64,000 nt of DNA from Bacteroidales bacterium (GCA_024409235.1 JAKSUA010000003.1:137309-201308); one strand, 5' to 3'; shown: positions 49,001 through 57,295, counted from the first letter of the stretch. Program-made: numbers and translations. Notes: generated by a model not told the origin, from the sequence alone.

Positions 49001-50859
49001 ATACATTCTCTCGTTCTATCAATGCAAACGAAACATTAATTTTCGATGCTGATTTGAAACAAGAGAATATGACATATATGGCAACATATTGGTTCTCATT
49101 CGATGACAACACTGCTAGTGCTGATCCCGAAAAATGTGGTTCTTCTGTTATTACGCCAAAATCTACAGAAGACGAACCATTTACAATGAGTGAATCAGGT
49201 TATAATGGCAGTGGCAAAGCTGCAATGATGCAATATACATTGGAGGGTTCTAAGGCTCTTGGTTACAGTCCATTTGTAGGTATGGGTATGAACTTTGCTG
49301 AAACAGTAGGAAAACCATTTGATATGACTGGTTCAACAGGTATTTCATTCTGGATGAAGAATGAAAGTCGAGTTTATTTTGAGGTAGAATTGACTGGTAT
49401 CACAGATGCATGTGACTATTACATCTATCTTCCAGCTAATAACGAATGGCATTTGGTTGAATTAGCATGGAGTGATCTTGATCAATATACTTGGGGAACT
49501 CAAGTTGACTGGGATTTGACTCAATTGACAAAATGTCAATGGAAAGTTCAAGAACCTGATGGTGAAACTGGTAAGGTTTGGGTTGACGAAGTGAAGATTA
49601 TGGGTACTTCATTAAACTTGCCTGAAATTGATTTTGGTGAAGAAATCGATCTGTCTGCTTTAGCAACTAAGATTGAAGAAGCTACCGATTATTATACAAA
49701 TTCAGAGGAAGGTAATGAAGAGGGTAAGTATTTGTCAGGTTCAAAAGCAACCTTGAATAAAGCTATCACTTCTGCTCAATCAGTGTATGATAGTGCAGAA
49801 ACTCAAGATGAAGTTGATGCTGCTACAACAGCTTTAGATGCTGCTATTGAAGAGTTTTTGAGTTCAAAATATATTCCAGGAGTTGTAAATAAATCAGTGT
49901 TGACTGCAACAATAGAAAGCGCAAATACATTGTATAAATCAGCAGTAGAAGGTGGTAATAAGGGAGAATATCCTTCTGATTCAAAAACTGAATTATATTC
50001 AGCTATAACAGAGGCTCAGAAAACAAAAGCAAGTTCTTCTGCTACACAGGACGATGTAGATGCTGCAGTGGCTGTATTACAGGCAGCTATTGATGATTTC
50101 AAAGCTAAAGTAATTACAGTTGATAAATCTGTTTTAAATGCAACAATCACTGCTGCTAATACAGCATTAGCAAAAGCTGATGGAAACACAGGCGAAGAAC
50201 CTGGACAATATCCTGCATCGGCTGTAGCAACACTTACAGCTGCAATAAGCGACGCTGTAGCAATACAAGGAAACAGCGCAGTTAAACAGGTTGTTGTAGA
50301 TGCCGCAGTTTCTTCGTTGGAAGATGCAATAAAAGAATTTAACGCATCTGTAATTCCTGGTGGTGTTGATATTGAAGAATTAGTAAAATTAATTGAAGAA
50401 GCTGATGATTTGATAAACAATACATTTGACCCTAATAAGTATTTGATGACTTATATAGAATTGGTTAACTGTAAATCAAGCGCTAAAACAGAAGTTGCAA
50501 AACAAAAACATAGTGCTGATGATGTTGAAACAATTACAAAACGTTTATCTGCTGCTATAGAGGCATTCAGAGCTGCTAAGGAAAAGAATCCTGAGGAAAT
50601 TGAAGATGCTATTGATGATGTAAATGCAGTTTCAATCTCGGCATATCCAAATCCTTGTAAGAATATGATTCAGATTACAGCTGGAAAAGAAGTTGCTTCT
50701 GTTACAGTTGTAAATTTGACTGGAGCTACTCAGTTTGTTGTAGAAGCATCTGGAAATGAGATAATAATTAACGTTTCTCAAATAAAAGCAGGTATATATT
50801 TTGCTTATGTAAGTTATGTAGATGGTTCTATTGAAACAATCCGTTTTGTAAAACAATAA
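43009..50859 (+). CDS. giant (2616 aa) T9SS-secreted surface protein: GH8 glycoside hydrolase + Ig-like + 2 paralogous beta-sandwich (CBM-like) modules + 14 Big_2 + 5 FIVAR-like repeats + type-A sorting domain
   Basis: Signal peptide. GH8 motifs TVSEGIAYGML (catalytic Glu context), GATDAELDVAMSLVIASEQW (near-match to the GH8 PROSITE signature), NPSYFAPGYY and DACRNPWRM. Big_2 units carry xVTWSSSxxxVATVxxGxVTAVxxGxAxITVTT. FIVAR-like units carry GxYxxxSKATLxxAIxxAQxVYD...DxAxxxLxxAIxxF. The C-terminus is ISAYPNPCKNMIQI...GIYFAYV. Confidence 0.9.
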   Translation: MKKYLVNVLALVISVVMCNGAFAAGGINTGKGKIPFGSNTQYNYGIMPTNLPSSGTYGGSQKAAEAYDAWKNKYVGSCSPGYRVKFDDESITVSEGIAYGMLLSVYADDRDLFDGLWTYYKNHRNGNGVMNWKISGCGSATGDGQNGATDAELDVAMSLVIASEQWGGSYGDDAKAFIQVIKKTEMGSDGQTLNGDAWGNTNTCRNPSYFAPGYYAEFAKVDTDNGTFWGTTAIAASDKVLKANMNQTSGLVSNWCDNNGSENTCGNTGSGAQGYGADACRNPWRMTIDYLWHGPSCSAGATAINAKLIKFVSGYENQLKGPFSNRNVSNPGSGSYVNGSYTTLALPTMTSKDAQSSLNKCYAAVASLGDVDVYFNTTIRCITLFVMTGNFWSPGASGFVFPPSVSSSAVTGNKDDGYKLTLTMSKTMSAGTSAASNFTLYYNGAEQNAISKVTVNSDKTVVLTLSAGPQPGQTVVLSYNGNGNIKSSDDAVLASFTKIEVLNMVDGSETILDDCEDGNEFNNVGGIWFTFNDTPDQESAAKPGTKSSITPLTGKENPLEMETTGFDGTGYAVHAKYKLGSNYTPYNNGAAASWTNPAYVGIGTWVDDVETSSMDWSGGDGVTFWYKGPKCMFQIIISEVTDYCFHKYDVPECSDWTKITVKWGDLAQPTWGTAINFSAKHVLKLQWQFSTDYESSGASGDIWIDEVHILGMPPVALTGLEISPVSDADLEDDDCAANIDPLKIPIASKQKGDTLYLETTATPEDASYPVVFWSSSDEEVVTVDYKGRVIGVGYGEATITARSKMHQNISTTYTVKVPAPAVKPTAIAFEEDAYEVGVGETATIIPRFSPSGVTETGLTWKSSDVTKATVSASGVVTGISAGEVTVTATSSAEGCSSVKNSVTVTVVKKEIALKSISASDEPVELPVGLNKEISLTFDPADATNKSVTWSSSKESVATVTDGVITAVAAGTCTITATSEADPSIKAEIAVTVADICVTEFTLEESSINVDVDSEEEIYVKVKDYKTNYETTPKFTYTSSDKDVVRVDSKGLLTIRGDGTATITVTASDNCELSKECEVTVSSSVVPVTGVELDKSTETVSVGEKVTLKAIVSPSDATDKSVTWSSSKESVATVVDGVVTAVDAGEAVITVTTKDGGETATCTITVTKPVSGVTLSETSKTLVKDETLDLVATVAPADASNTAVEWTSSDAAIATVNGSGKVTAKAKGKATITVTTLDGAKTASCEITVIVVPTSITMDQALNFVDGDDAKTLTATVLPSDANNQNIIWSSDDQNVATVVDGVVTPVGEGNCIITAKCEADETISATCKVTVSASTIAVTGVSLNKNTLTITAGEEATLSAVIAPEGATNTKITWASSKETVATVENGIISAIAPGETVITVTTEDGGFTASCTVTVEAATISVTGVDLDKTALSLYVDESETLKASVKPADASNTKVAWSSSNPAVATVDQSGKVEAISAGDAIITVTTEDGEFTKTCKVTVENLPEEVVVTAVELNSKTLTLKVGTGQSLIATVKYSDGTSSKNEVITWSTDNAAVADVDDGYVTGASTGKAEITASFKGKSATCVVTVESDVTVSAIELSLTELQMEIGDEKGLKATVKYSDGTSSTKEKNIVWESDNESVVGVDDGWLIAVEEGEATITASIGSVSATCVVTVGAAVIPVTSVTLNKTNVSITKTESVTLLATIMPTTATNKAVTWSSSRESVATVIDGKIIVVGVGTTIITVTTEDGSKTATCELTVTDILVEMVIIDNSLSLTVGESDKISVTVLPTGASNNVKWASSNEKVATVDEDGNVTAVSAGSAEITATSADGSNITSEPCVVTVSNVKVTDVELDKESLIVRVGATVTLNATVSPAAATNKTVKWSSSKTTASVVDGVVTGVSAGSTTITAASDEDSYIKATCSVDVVDASELNAEISSATASLNSAVEGTEIGQYKAGSKATLQSAIAKAQTVYDNENATQTAIDRALSDLQAAVNTFSRSINANETLIFDADLKQENMTYMATYWFSFDDNTASADPEKCGSSVITPKSTEDEPFTMSESGYNGSGKAAMMQYTLEGSKALGYSPFVGMGMNFAETVGKPFDMTGSTGISFWMKNESRVYFEVELTGITDACDYYIYLPANNEWHLVELAWSDLDQYTWGTQVDWDLTQLTKCQWKVQEPDGETGKVWVDEVKIMGTSLNLPEIDFGEEIDLSALATKIEEATDYYTNSEEGNEEGKYLSGSKATLNKAITSAQSVYDSAETQDEVDAATTALDAAIEEFLSSKYIPGVVNKSVLTATIESANTLYKSAVEGGNKGEYPSDSKTELYSAITEAQKTKASSSATQDDVDAAVAVLQAAIDDFKAKVITVDKSVLNATITAANTALAKADGNTGEEPGQYPASAVATLTAAISDAVAIQGNSAVKQVVVDAAVSSLEDAIKEFNASVIPGGVDIEELVKLIEEADDLINNTFDPNKYLMTYIELVNCKSSAKTEVAKQKHSADDVETITKRLSAAIEAFRAAKEKNPEEIEDAIDDVNAVSISAYPNPCKNMIQITAGKEVASVTVVNLTGATQFVVEASGNEIIINVSQIKAGIYFAYVSYVDGSIETIRFVKQ
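45151..48798 (+). repeat. tandem array of 14 Big_2 (bacterial Ig-like group 2) coding repeats, unit ~260 nt
   Basis: Units were counted by eye in the translation. Some units share long near-identical DNA stretches, e.g. 45841..45890 vs 46363..46412 (AAATCTGTTACATGGAGTTCTTCTAA...). Confidence 0.85.
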
Positions 50860-50877
50860 TTTTAAATAATTGTAATA

Positions 50878-50910
50878 AAAGGCGAGTCAGAAATGATTCG
50901 CCTTTTGTTT
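50878..50910 (+). terminator. rho-independent terminator after the giant gene
   Basis: 8-bp stem AAAGGCGA/TCGCCTTT with an 11-nt loop, followed by TTGTTTT. Confidence 0.6.
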
Positions 50911-50953
50911 TATAAAAAAGGTATTTGAAATGCCAATGATTGTATAATTCTTT

Positions 50954-50961
50954 TATTTTTG
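50954..50961 (+). promoter_or_regulatory. -7 box (TATTTTTG) upstream of nhaD
   Basis: Perfect TAnnTTTG, 27 nt before ATG 50988. Confidence 0.4.
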
Positions 50962-50987
50962 CGTTATAAACAAATAATTTTAATACT

Positions 50988-52292
50988 ATGTCTTACTCAT
51001 TAGTAATGGTTATAATTTTTGTTCTTGGCTATCTATGTATAGCATTAGAACATCCTTTGAAAATTGACAAGGCAGCATCTGCGTTGTTGATAGGTGTGTT
51101 AACTTGGGCTGTATTCATTCTTTTTGGTGGAGTGGATGTTCACGAAGTTGTTCATTCTTTGGATGAAAACTTAGCGGAAACAGCACAAACATTGTTCTTC
51201 TTGTTTGCGGCAATGACAATTGTAGAAATTGTTGACCGTCACAATGGTTTTAAAATCATTACAGACAGAATTACAGCAACTAGCAAAGTGAAATTGTTGT
51301 GGATTTTAAGTTTCTTGACATTCTTTATGTCGGCTGTGCTTGATAACCTTACAACAACAATTGTTATTTTGTCATTACTTCGTAAACTTATAAAAGATCA
51401 ACCAACTCGTTGGACATACGCAAGTATCGTTGTAATCGCTGCTAATGCTGGTGGTGCTTGGTCTCCAATTGGTGACGTTACTACAATTATGTTGTGGATT
51501 GGTGGTCAAATTACTGCAGGAAAGATTATCACAGGTATTATCGCTCCAAGTTTGATTTCAATGATTGTTCCTCTTGTAATTCTTTCATTCACAATGAAAG
51601 GTGAAATTGAACGTCCAGAACAAGGAAAGGCAGCAGAATCAATAACAACTCCAGGCGAACAATTAGCCTTGTTGATTCTTGGTGTAGGTTTGTTGTTGTT
51701 CGTTCCTGTATTTAAAACTATCACTCACTTACCTCCATTCATGGGCATGTTGCTAGGTTTGGGTATTATGTGGATGGTTACAGAGCTTATGCACAAGAAA
51801 AAATCAAAAGAAATCAAACAAAAACTTACTGTTGTTCATATTTTGAAACATGTTGAAACTCCAACAATTTTCTTCTTCTTGGGTATATTAACAGCAGTTG
51901 GCGCTCTTGGTGCAGCTGGTCAACTTGGACTTTTGTCTGAATGGTTGCGTGAAGTAACTGGAGGCAATATTTATGTAATAGATAGCGTTATAGGTGTATT
52001 GTCATCAATTATTGATAATGTACCTCTTGTTGCAGCTTCAATGAAGATGTATGTAGTAGATCCTTCGGTTCTTGATTTTGCTCAAGATGGAACATTTTGG
52101 CAAATGCTTGCATATTGTGCTGGAACAGGTGGTTCTATTTTAATTATCGGTTCTGCTGCTGGTGTTGCTGCAATGGGATTGGAAAAAATAGATTTCGTAT
52201 GGTACTTGAAACACATTAGCTGGTTGGCTTTAGTTGGTTATTTGGCTGGTGTTGCTTGGATTTATGTTGAAAAAGCAGTTTTAGGATTATAA
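50988..52292 (+). CDS. nhaD: Na+/H+ antiporter NhaD family (ArsB/NhaD permease superfamily)
   Basis: 434 aa, polytopic. It has SAVLDNLTTTIV, AANAGGAWSPIGDVTTIMLW and IIDNVPLVAA motifs. Confidence 0.8.
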   Translation: MSYSLVMVIIFVLGYLCIALEHPLKIDKAASALLIGVLTWAVFILFGGVDVHEVVHSLDENLAETAQTLFFLFAAMTIVEIVDRHNGFKIITDRITATSKVKLLWILSFLTFFMSAVLDNLTTTIVILSLLRKLIKDQPTRWTYASIVVIAANAGGAWSPIGDVTTIMLWIGGQITAGKIITGIIAPSLISMIVPLVILSFTMKGEIERPEQGKAAESITTPGEQLALLILGVGLLLFVPVFKTITHLPPFMGMLLGLGIMWMVTELMHKKKSKEIKQKLTVVHILKHVETPTIFFFLGILTAVGALGAAGQLGLLSEWLREVTGGNIYVIDSVIGVLSSIIDNVPLVAASMKMYVVDPSVLDFAQDGTFWQMLAYCAGTGGSILIIGSAAGVAAMGLEKIDFVWYLKHISWLALVGYLAGVAWIYVEKAVLGL

Positions 52293-52293
52293 T

Positions 52294-52998
52294 ATGTTAG
52301 CATCAATTTGTAATATTTTAGCAGATATAACAGTGGGTCAGGCAACTGACCCAGCTGTTGTTGAAGCGGTAGCAGATGAATTAACTTTATGGAATATGGC
52401 AGTAAAGGGAGGTTGGATTATGATCTTCCTTTTGCTTTTCTCTATTGTTGCAGTTTATATCATTATTGAGCGTGCAATGGCAATTACCAAAGCAGCAAAA
52501 GAAGATGTAAACTTTATGAATGAAGTGAAAAACTTTGTCTCTCAAGGAAAAATAGAAGAAGCACATATTCGTTGCCAAAGTACAGATTCTCCTGTTGCAA
52601 GAATGATAGATAAAGGTATTTCCCGTATTGGTAAACCACTTGCTGATGTGCGTGAAGCAATTGAGAATGTTGGTAAGTTTGAAGTAGCAAATCTTGAAAA
52701 AGGACTTCCAATGTTGGCAACTATTTCAAGTGTTGGACCAATGGTTGGTTTCTTGGGTACAGTATTAGGTATGATTACAGCATTCTACGACATGGCTAAT
52801 GCTGGAGGTAATTTTAGTATTGCTATGTTGTCTAATGGTATCTATACTGCAATGGTTACTACTGTTGCAGGTTTGATCGTTGGTGTGATTGCAATGTTGG
52901 GTTATAATATCCTTGTAGCTGAAGTAGGAAAAGTTGTAAACAAGTTGGAATTACGTACAACTGAATTTATGGATTTGCTAAACGAACCTGTTGAATAA
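52294..52998 (+). CDS. exbB: MotA/TolQ/ExbB proton-channel family protein
   Basis: 234 aa. Conserved C-terminal TMs (LATISSVGPMVGFLGTVLGMITAF; TTVAGLIVGVIAMLGYN). Confidence 0.88.
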   Translation: MLASICNILADITVGQATDPAVVEAVADELTLWNMAVKGGWIMIFLLLFSIVAVYIIIERAMAITKAAKEDVNFMNEVKNFVSQGKIEEAHIRCQSTDSPVARMIDKGISRIGKPLADVREAIENVGKFEVANLEKGLPMLATISSVGPMVGFLGTVLGMITAFYDMANAGGNFSIAMLSNGIYTAMVTTVAGLIVGVIAMLGYNILVAEVGKVVNKLELRTTEFMDLLNEPVE

Positions 52999-53387
52999 TG
53001 GCAATAGAAGCTCGAAATAAAATAGGCACAAGTTTCAATATGTCGTCAATGACGGATATTGTATTCTTGTTGCTTATATTCTTTATGGTAACATCAACGC
53101 AGATTGCTCCAAATGGTTTGCAGGTTACGTTACCACAAAGTTCTTCACAGGTAAAACTGATTCCGCATGTTTCAGTTTCAATTGACGCTAACGGACGGTT
53201 TGCTGTTAATACAACAGTAGTACCTTTTGAAGAAGTTGAAAATCGTTTGAAACAAGAGTTGGCTGGACAAGACGAACCAGCAATCGTTTTGCGTGTTGAT
53301 AAAGACGTGCCAACAGGTGAAACGGTGAGGATTATGGAAATCGCAAATAGAAATCGTTGGAAGTTTACTTTAGCGACAAAACCTTGA
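52998..53387 (+). CDS. exbD: biopolymer transporter ExbD/TolR
   Basis: 129 aa. N-terminal NMSSMTDIVFLLLIFFMV TM and a periplasmic domain. The start overlaps the exbB stop. Confidence 0.85.
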   Translation: MAIEARNKIGTSFNMSSMTDIVFLLLIFFMVTSTQIAPNGLQVTLPQSSSQVKLIPHVSVSIDANGRFAVNTTVVPFEEVENRLKQELAGQDEPAIVLRVDKDVPTGETVRIMEIANRNRWKFTLATKP

Positions 53388-53388
53388 T

Positions 53389-54165
53389 ATGAAAGAACTA
53401 TTTGGTGGAGATAGAAAGTATGGAATTATAGGTACATTACTCGTTCATGGTATTGTACTGATAATTCTTTTGCTTTTTGGATTTTCTGCTCCACCTATAG
53501 AATTTCCGGAACCTGATGGTATTTTAGTCGATTTCGGAGAATTGGTTGTTGGTGATAATGATGGTGCCGCATCAGAACCTGTTGCTGTGAATCCGTCGGC
53601 GCCTTCGCAGAATCAATCGGTAGATGATGCTATTGTTACTCAGGAAGAAACACCTTCTATTTCGATAAAAAAAAATAAAACAAAAGTCGATGAAACTCCA
53701 AAACAACCTGAGTTAACTCCAGAAGAACAAGAAAGAATTCGTCAAGAGGCTGAGTTTAAGCAAAAAATGGATGCTTTAACAGGTCGTCTTTCTCAAGGAG
53801 GTGGCACGGGAACAGAAGGAACTGCAGGAAATTCAAGTACTGGTGCAGAGTCTGGTAAGCCAGGAAATCCTAATGGAACAAGTGCAAAGAATACAAAAGG
53901 AAATCCAGGAACTCCATATGGAAATGGGGATGCTGTCAGTTTAGTAAAACCAACAAATACGCAAAACTGTGATAATCCGATAGTGCTTACTGTCACAGTT
54001 AATTCTGATGGGAAGGTGATGGATATAAAGAAGGTGGAAACAGCATTGTCAGAACAAAGTTGCATAGAAGCCGCAAAAGCTGCAGCACGTAAGACTATTT
54101 TTCAACCTGATAGTAGAGAAGTGCGTTATGCAAAAATTACGTATGAATACACTATGTCAAAATAA
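53389..54165 (+). CDS. TonB/TolA-like energy-transducer protein
   Basis: N-terminal TM, a Pro/Glu/Gly-rich linker, and a C-terminal ~70-aa TonB_C-like module (VLTVTVNSDGKVMDIKKVE...AAKAAARKTIFQP). Confidence 0.65.
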   Translation: MKELFGGDRKYGIIGTLLVHGIVLIILLLFGFSAPPIEFPEPDGILVDFGELVVGDNDGAASEPVAVNPSAPSQNQSVDDAIVTQEETPSISIKKNKTKVDETPKQPELTPEEQERIRQEAEFKQKMDALTGRLSQGGGTGTEGTAGNSSTGAESGKPGNPNGTSAKNTKGNPGTPYGNGDAVSLVKPTNTQNCDNPIVLTVTVNSDGKVMDIKKVETALSEQSCIEAAKAAARKTIFQPDSREVRYAKITYEYTMSK

Positions 54166-54183
54166 TAATAATAACACAATCTT

Positions 54184-54585
54184 ATGAAAAAGTATATTGT
54201 ATTAGTTATCTCGGTATTTGTTTTGTTAGGAACAAGTTGTGGAAAACGAACAGAATCAAGAATAATAGGTGAGTGGCGTTTGGTGTCTGTAGGAGATTGT
54301 GGATGGGCTGACAGTGCAGCATGGGTTTTCTATTCTGGAGGAGATTTAGGAGTTGAATATGATCCTGTAATGAATAGTGGAAAAATAACAGGAATGGGTA
54401 CTTGGGATATTTATACAAGATCTTTAGTTACTCCTTATTTAGAGGTTGGTGGTAGTGTTGGTGGTTTGGATGGTCATTGGAAGATAGAAAAACTAAATAA
54501 CCAGAAATTAATAATCCAAAGAATAGAATGGCCTAATGGTGAAACAAGAGGCTGTTTCTTACGTCGAGAATTTATTAGAAAATAA
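54184..54585 (+). CDS. small lipoprotein (lipocalin-like; tentative)
   Basis: Lipoprotein signal (LLGTSC) and an IIGEWRLV...HWKIEKLNNQKLIIQR pattern. Confidence 0.5.
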   Translation: MKKYIVLVISVFVLLGTSCGKRTESRIIGEWRLVSVGDCGWADSAAWVFYSGGDLGVEYDPVMNSGKITGMGTWDIYTRSLVTPYLEVGGSVGGLDGHWKIEKLNNQKLIIQRIEWPNGETRGCFLRREFIRK

Positions 54586-54589
54586 TTCT

Positions 54590-55951
54590 GTGGCAAAGTC
54601 TAAGATAGCTTTTGTTTGTCAGAATTGTGGCGCCCATTCACCAAAGTGGATGGGGAAATGTACTTCTTGTGGAGCTTGGAATTCATTTCAGGAAGAAGTG
54701 ATAGAGTCTTCTGTTGGTAAATCATCGTCGTCAGTAGTCTCTTCCTCTGTAAAACCGATGATTTTATCGGAAATAAAAACCGAAAAGCTTGAGAGAATTT
54801 TAACGGGAATACATGAACTGGACCAAGTTGTGGGCGGTGGAATTGTTCCTGGCTCTGTTGTTTTATTAGGAGGTGAACCTGGTATAGGAAAATCAACGTT
54901 GTTGTTGCAGGTCGCTGTACGATTGAATAAGAAAGTTTTATATGTGTCAGGTGAAGAAAGTCCGCAACAAATATATTTGCGCGCACAGCGTTTAAATGTG
55001 CCTACAAATCAATGTTATATTTACAGTGAAACAAACGTTGCAGCAGTTATACAGGAGATAAAGGATTGTAACCCCGATTTGGTAATAGTTGATTCTGTAC
55101 AAACGCTAAAACATCCGGATATAGATGCTTCACCTGGAAGTGTTTCTCAAATAAGAGAAACTTCTAATTTGCTGATAGAGTTGGCAAAACAGAGGCACAT
55201 ACCAATGATATTAATTGGTCATATAAATAAAGAAGGTAGTATTGCAGGACCGAAAATTCTAGAACACATGGTCGATGTTGTTCTTCAGTTTGAAGGTGAC
55301 ATGCAAAATGTTTACAGAATATTACGTAGTAATAAGAATCGCTTTGGTTCAACAGCGGAAATCGGCATTTTTGAAATGGTTCAAAATGGCTTACGTGAAG
55401 TTGCAAATCCTTCAGAAATACTGTTGAGTGGAAATCCCGAAAAATTAAGTGGTGTAGCGGTTGCATCCGTAATGGAAGGAATAAGACCTTTAATGATAGA
55501 AGTCCAGGCCTTGGTAAGTACTGCTGCCTATGGAACGCCACAGCGCACTGTAAACGGATATGATGCGAAGCGGTTGAACATGCTTTTGGCCGTAATAGAA
55601 AAACGGTTAGGTGTGAAAATTTATACAAAAGATGTTTTTATAAATATTGCAGGTGGCATTCGTGTTCAGGATACTTCGATAGACTTTGCGGTAGTTGCAG
55701 CCATATTGTCTTCGTTGTTTGATTTTTATATTCCTACTACATATTGTTTTGCTGGAGAAATTGGATTAACTGGTGAAATTCGGTCGGTTTCTCAGGTGGA
55801 AAAAAGGATAAAAGAATCCATGAAATTAGGAATAAGGAAAATGTTTGTTCCTACTTGTGATATAAAAAGTAGCACACAATGCGAGGTGATACCTTGTTCT
55901 CGTATTGACAAAACATTTCGAGAAATTTTTAAGACTCAGAAACAAGAATAG
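54590..55951 (+). CDS. radA: DNA repair protein RadA/Sms
   Basis: Zn-finger CQNCGAHSPKWMGKCTSCGAWN, Walker A GGEPGIGKST, the KNRFG motif and a Lon-like C-domain. GTG 54590 (VAKSKIAFVC) is preferred, because ATG 54536 would overlap the upstream lipoprotein gene by 50 nt. Confidence 0.93.
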   Translation: MAKSKIAFVCQNCGAHSPKWMGKCTSCGAWNSFQEEVIESSVGKSSSSVVSSSVKPMILSEIKTEKLERILTGIHELDQVVGGGIVPGSVVLLGGEPGIGKSTLLLQVAVRLNKKVLYVSGEESPQQIYLRAQRLNVPTNQCYIYSETNVAAVIQEIKDCNPDLVIVDSVQTLKHPDIDASPGSVSQIRETSNLLIELAKQRHIPMILIGHINKEGSIAGPKILEHMVDVVLQFEGDMQNVYRILRSNKNRFGSTAEIGIFEMVQNGLREVANPSEILLSGNPEKLSGVAVASVMEGIRPLMIEVQALVSTAAYGTPQRTVNGYDAKRLNMLLAVIEKRLGVKIYTKDVFINIAGGIRVQDTSIDFAVVAAILSSLFDFYIPTTYCFAGEIGLTGEIRSVSQVEKRIKESMKLGIRKMFVPTCDIKSSTQCEVIPCSRIDKTFREIFKTQKQE

Positions 55952-56035
55952 TGTAATTTTTTTTTGAAAGAGTCTAAAGAATTACAAAGGTTTTATTAAT
56001 TTTAGCAAAAATTTTGACAATTAATATTCAATATA

Positions 56036-56731
56036 ATGGAAGTAAAGAAAAGCGAAAAAGCAAATCTTGAAGATAAAAAGTTTATATTCAGAGAGATAGG
56101 TTTCGTAGTAGTGCTTGTGATTGTTTTAGCAGCATTTGAATTTGGTGTTAGCGAATCTAATAGTGTTATAAACAGAGGTGATGTTGTTGCTGAGGACGAT
56201 ATGGAAATGGTTGAAGTTACTCGTGAACCAGAACAACCAGAACCAGAACAACCAAAACCAGAAATGCCAGAACCTCCAGCATCGGAAAATATCGAAGAAA
56301 CTGAAGATGAGTCTGAAGACCAGTCTGCCTTAGTTCAAGAAAATAATGATGATCAAAACGCTGAAGTAGATCAAAATAACTACAACTTCGAGGACGAAGA
56401 AGAAGTTCAGGAACAGGTTCATATTCGTGTAGAAAAGATGCCAAGCTTTCCTGGTGGGATGGGTGCATTGATTAAATTTATTGGTGAGAAGTTGGAATAT
56501 CCACAGGATGCAGCCGATCTTGGTATAGAAGGTACGGTAGTTGTTAAATTTGTCGTAAACAAACATGGCAAGGCTGTAAATCCAGAGATTATTAAATCTG
56601 TGAATCCGTTATTGGATAAAGCAGCGTTGGATGTTGTTGCTAAATTGCCAATGTTTGAACCTGGAGAACAAGCTGGTGAGAAAGTTCCTGTGTATTACAA
56701 TTTACCTGTACAATTTAAATTGGGCAAATAA
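56036..56731 (+). CDS. tonB: energy transducer TonB
   Basis: N-terminal TM, Pro-rich spacer EPEQPEPEQPKPEMPEPP, and C-terminal TonB_C (PSFPGG...GIEGTVVVKFVVNKHGK...PGEQAGEKVPV). Confidence 0.88.
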   Translation: MEVKKSEKANLEDKKFIFREIGFVVVLVIVLAAFEFGVSESNSVINRGDVVAEDDMEMVEVTREPEQPEPEQPKPEMPEPPASENIEETEDESEDQSALVQENNDDQNAEVDQNNYNFEDEEEVQEQVHIRVEKMPSFPGGMGALIKFIGEKLEYPQDAADLGIEGTVVVKFVVNKHGKAVNPEIIKSVNPLLDKAALDVVAKLPMFEPGEQAGEKVPVYYNLPVQFKLGK

Positions 56732-56734
56732 TTT

Positions 56735-57295
56735 ATGGAAGAGTTAGAATTAATTATAGAGGATACAAAAGAAAGAATGAACGCTCCTTTGCAGCGTTTA
56801 GATTCAGAGTTGTCCAAATTGCGTGCTGGGAAAGCTTCTCCTGTTATGTTGGAGTCTGTAAAGGTTGATTACTATGGAACAATGTCTCCGCTTAGTCAGG
56901 TGGCAAATGTAAATACTCCTGATGCTCGAACATTAGTTGTTCAGCCATGGGAAAAGAAAATGATTGATCCGATTGAAAAGGCTATTATGGCTGCTAATCT
57001 TGGATTAACTCCAATCAATGATGGTCAGTTGATAAGAATTTGTATTCCTGTTTTAACAGAGGAACGTCGTAAAGAAATATGTAAACAAGTTCGTTCTGAG
57101 GCTGAAAATACAAAGGTTGTCATTAGAAATATACGTCGTGATGCTAATGAGATGTTGAAGAAGCTTCAAAAAGATGGGCTTGCCGAGGATATGGCAAAAG
57201 ATGGTGAGGCAAAAATTCAGAAAATAACAGATTCGGCTATTGCGAAAGTTGATGAAAAAGTTGTAGCAAAAGAGGCAGATGTAATGAAGATTTAA
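56735..57295 (+). CDS. frr: ribosome recycling factor
   Basis: 186 aa. It has LRAGKASPVMLESVKVDYYG, LTEERRKE and IRNIRRDAN motifs. Confidence 0.96.
   Translation: MEELELIIEDTKERMNAPLQRLDSELSKLRAGKASPVMLESVKVDYYGTMSPLSQVANVNTPDARTLVVQPWEKKMIDPIEKAIMAANLGLTPINDGQLIRICIPVLTEERRKEICKQVRSEAENTKVVIRNIRRDANEMLKKLQKDGLAEDMAKDGEAKIQKITDSAIAKVDEKVVAKEADVMKI

Noticed and set aside
54536-54589. ATG 54536 as the radA start (longest ORF).
   Set aside because: It would overlap the upstream lipoprotein gene by 50 nt and add 18 non-conserved residues. GTG 54590, 4 nt after that gene's stop, gives the canonical (M)AKSKIAFVCQNCG N-terminus.
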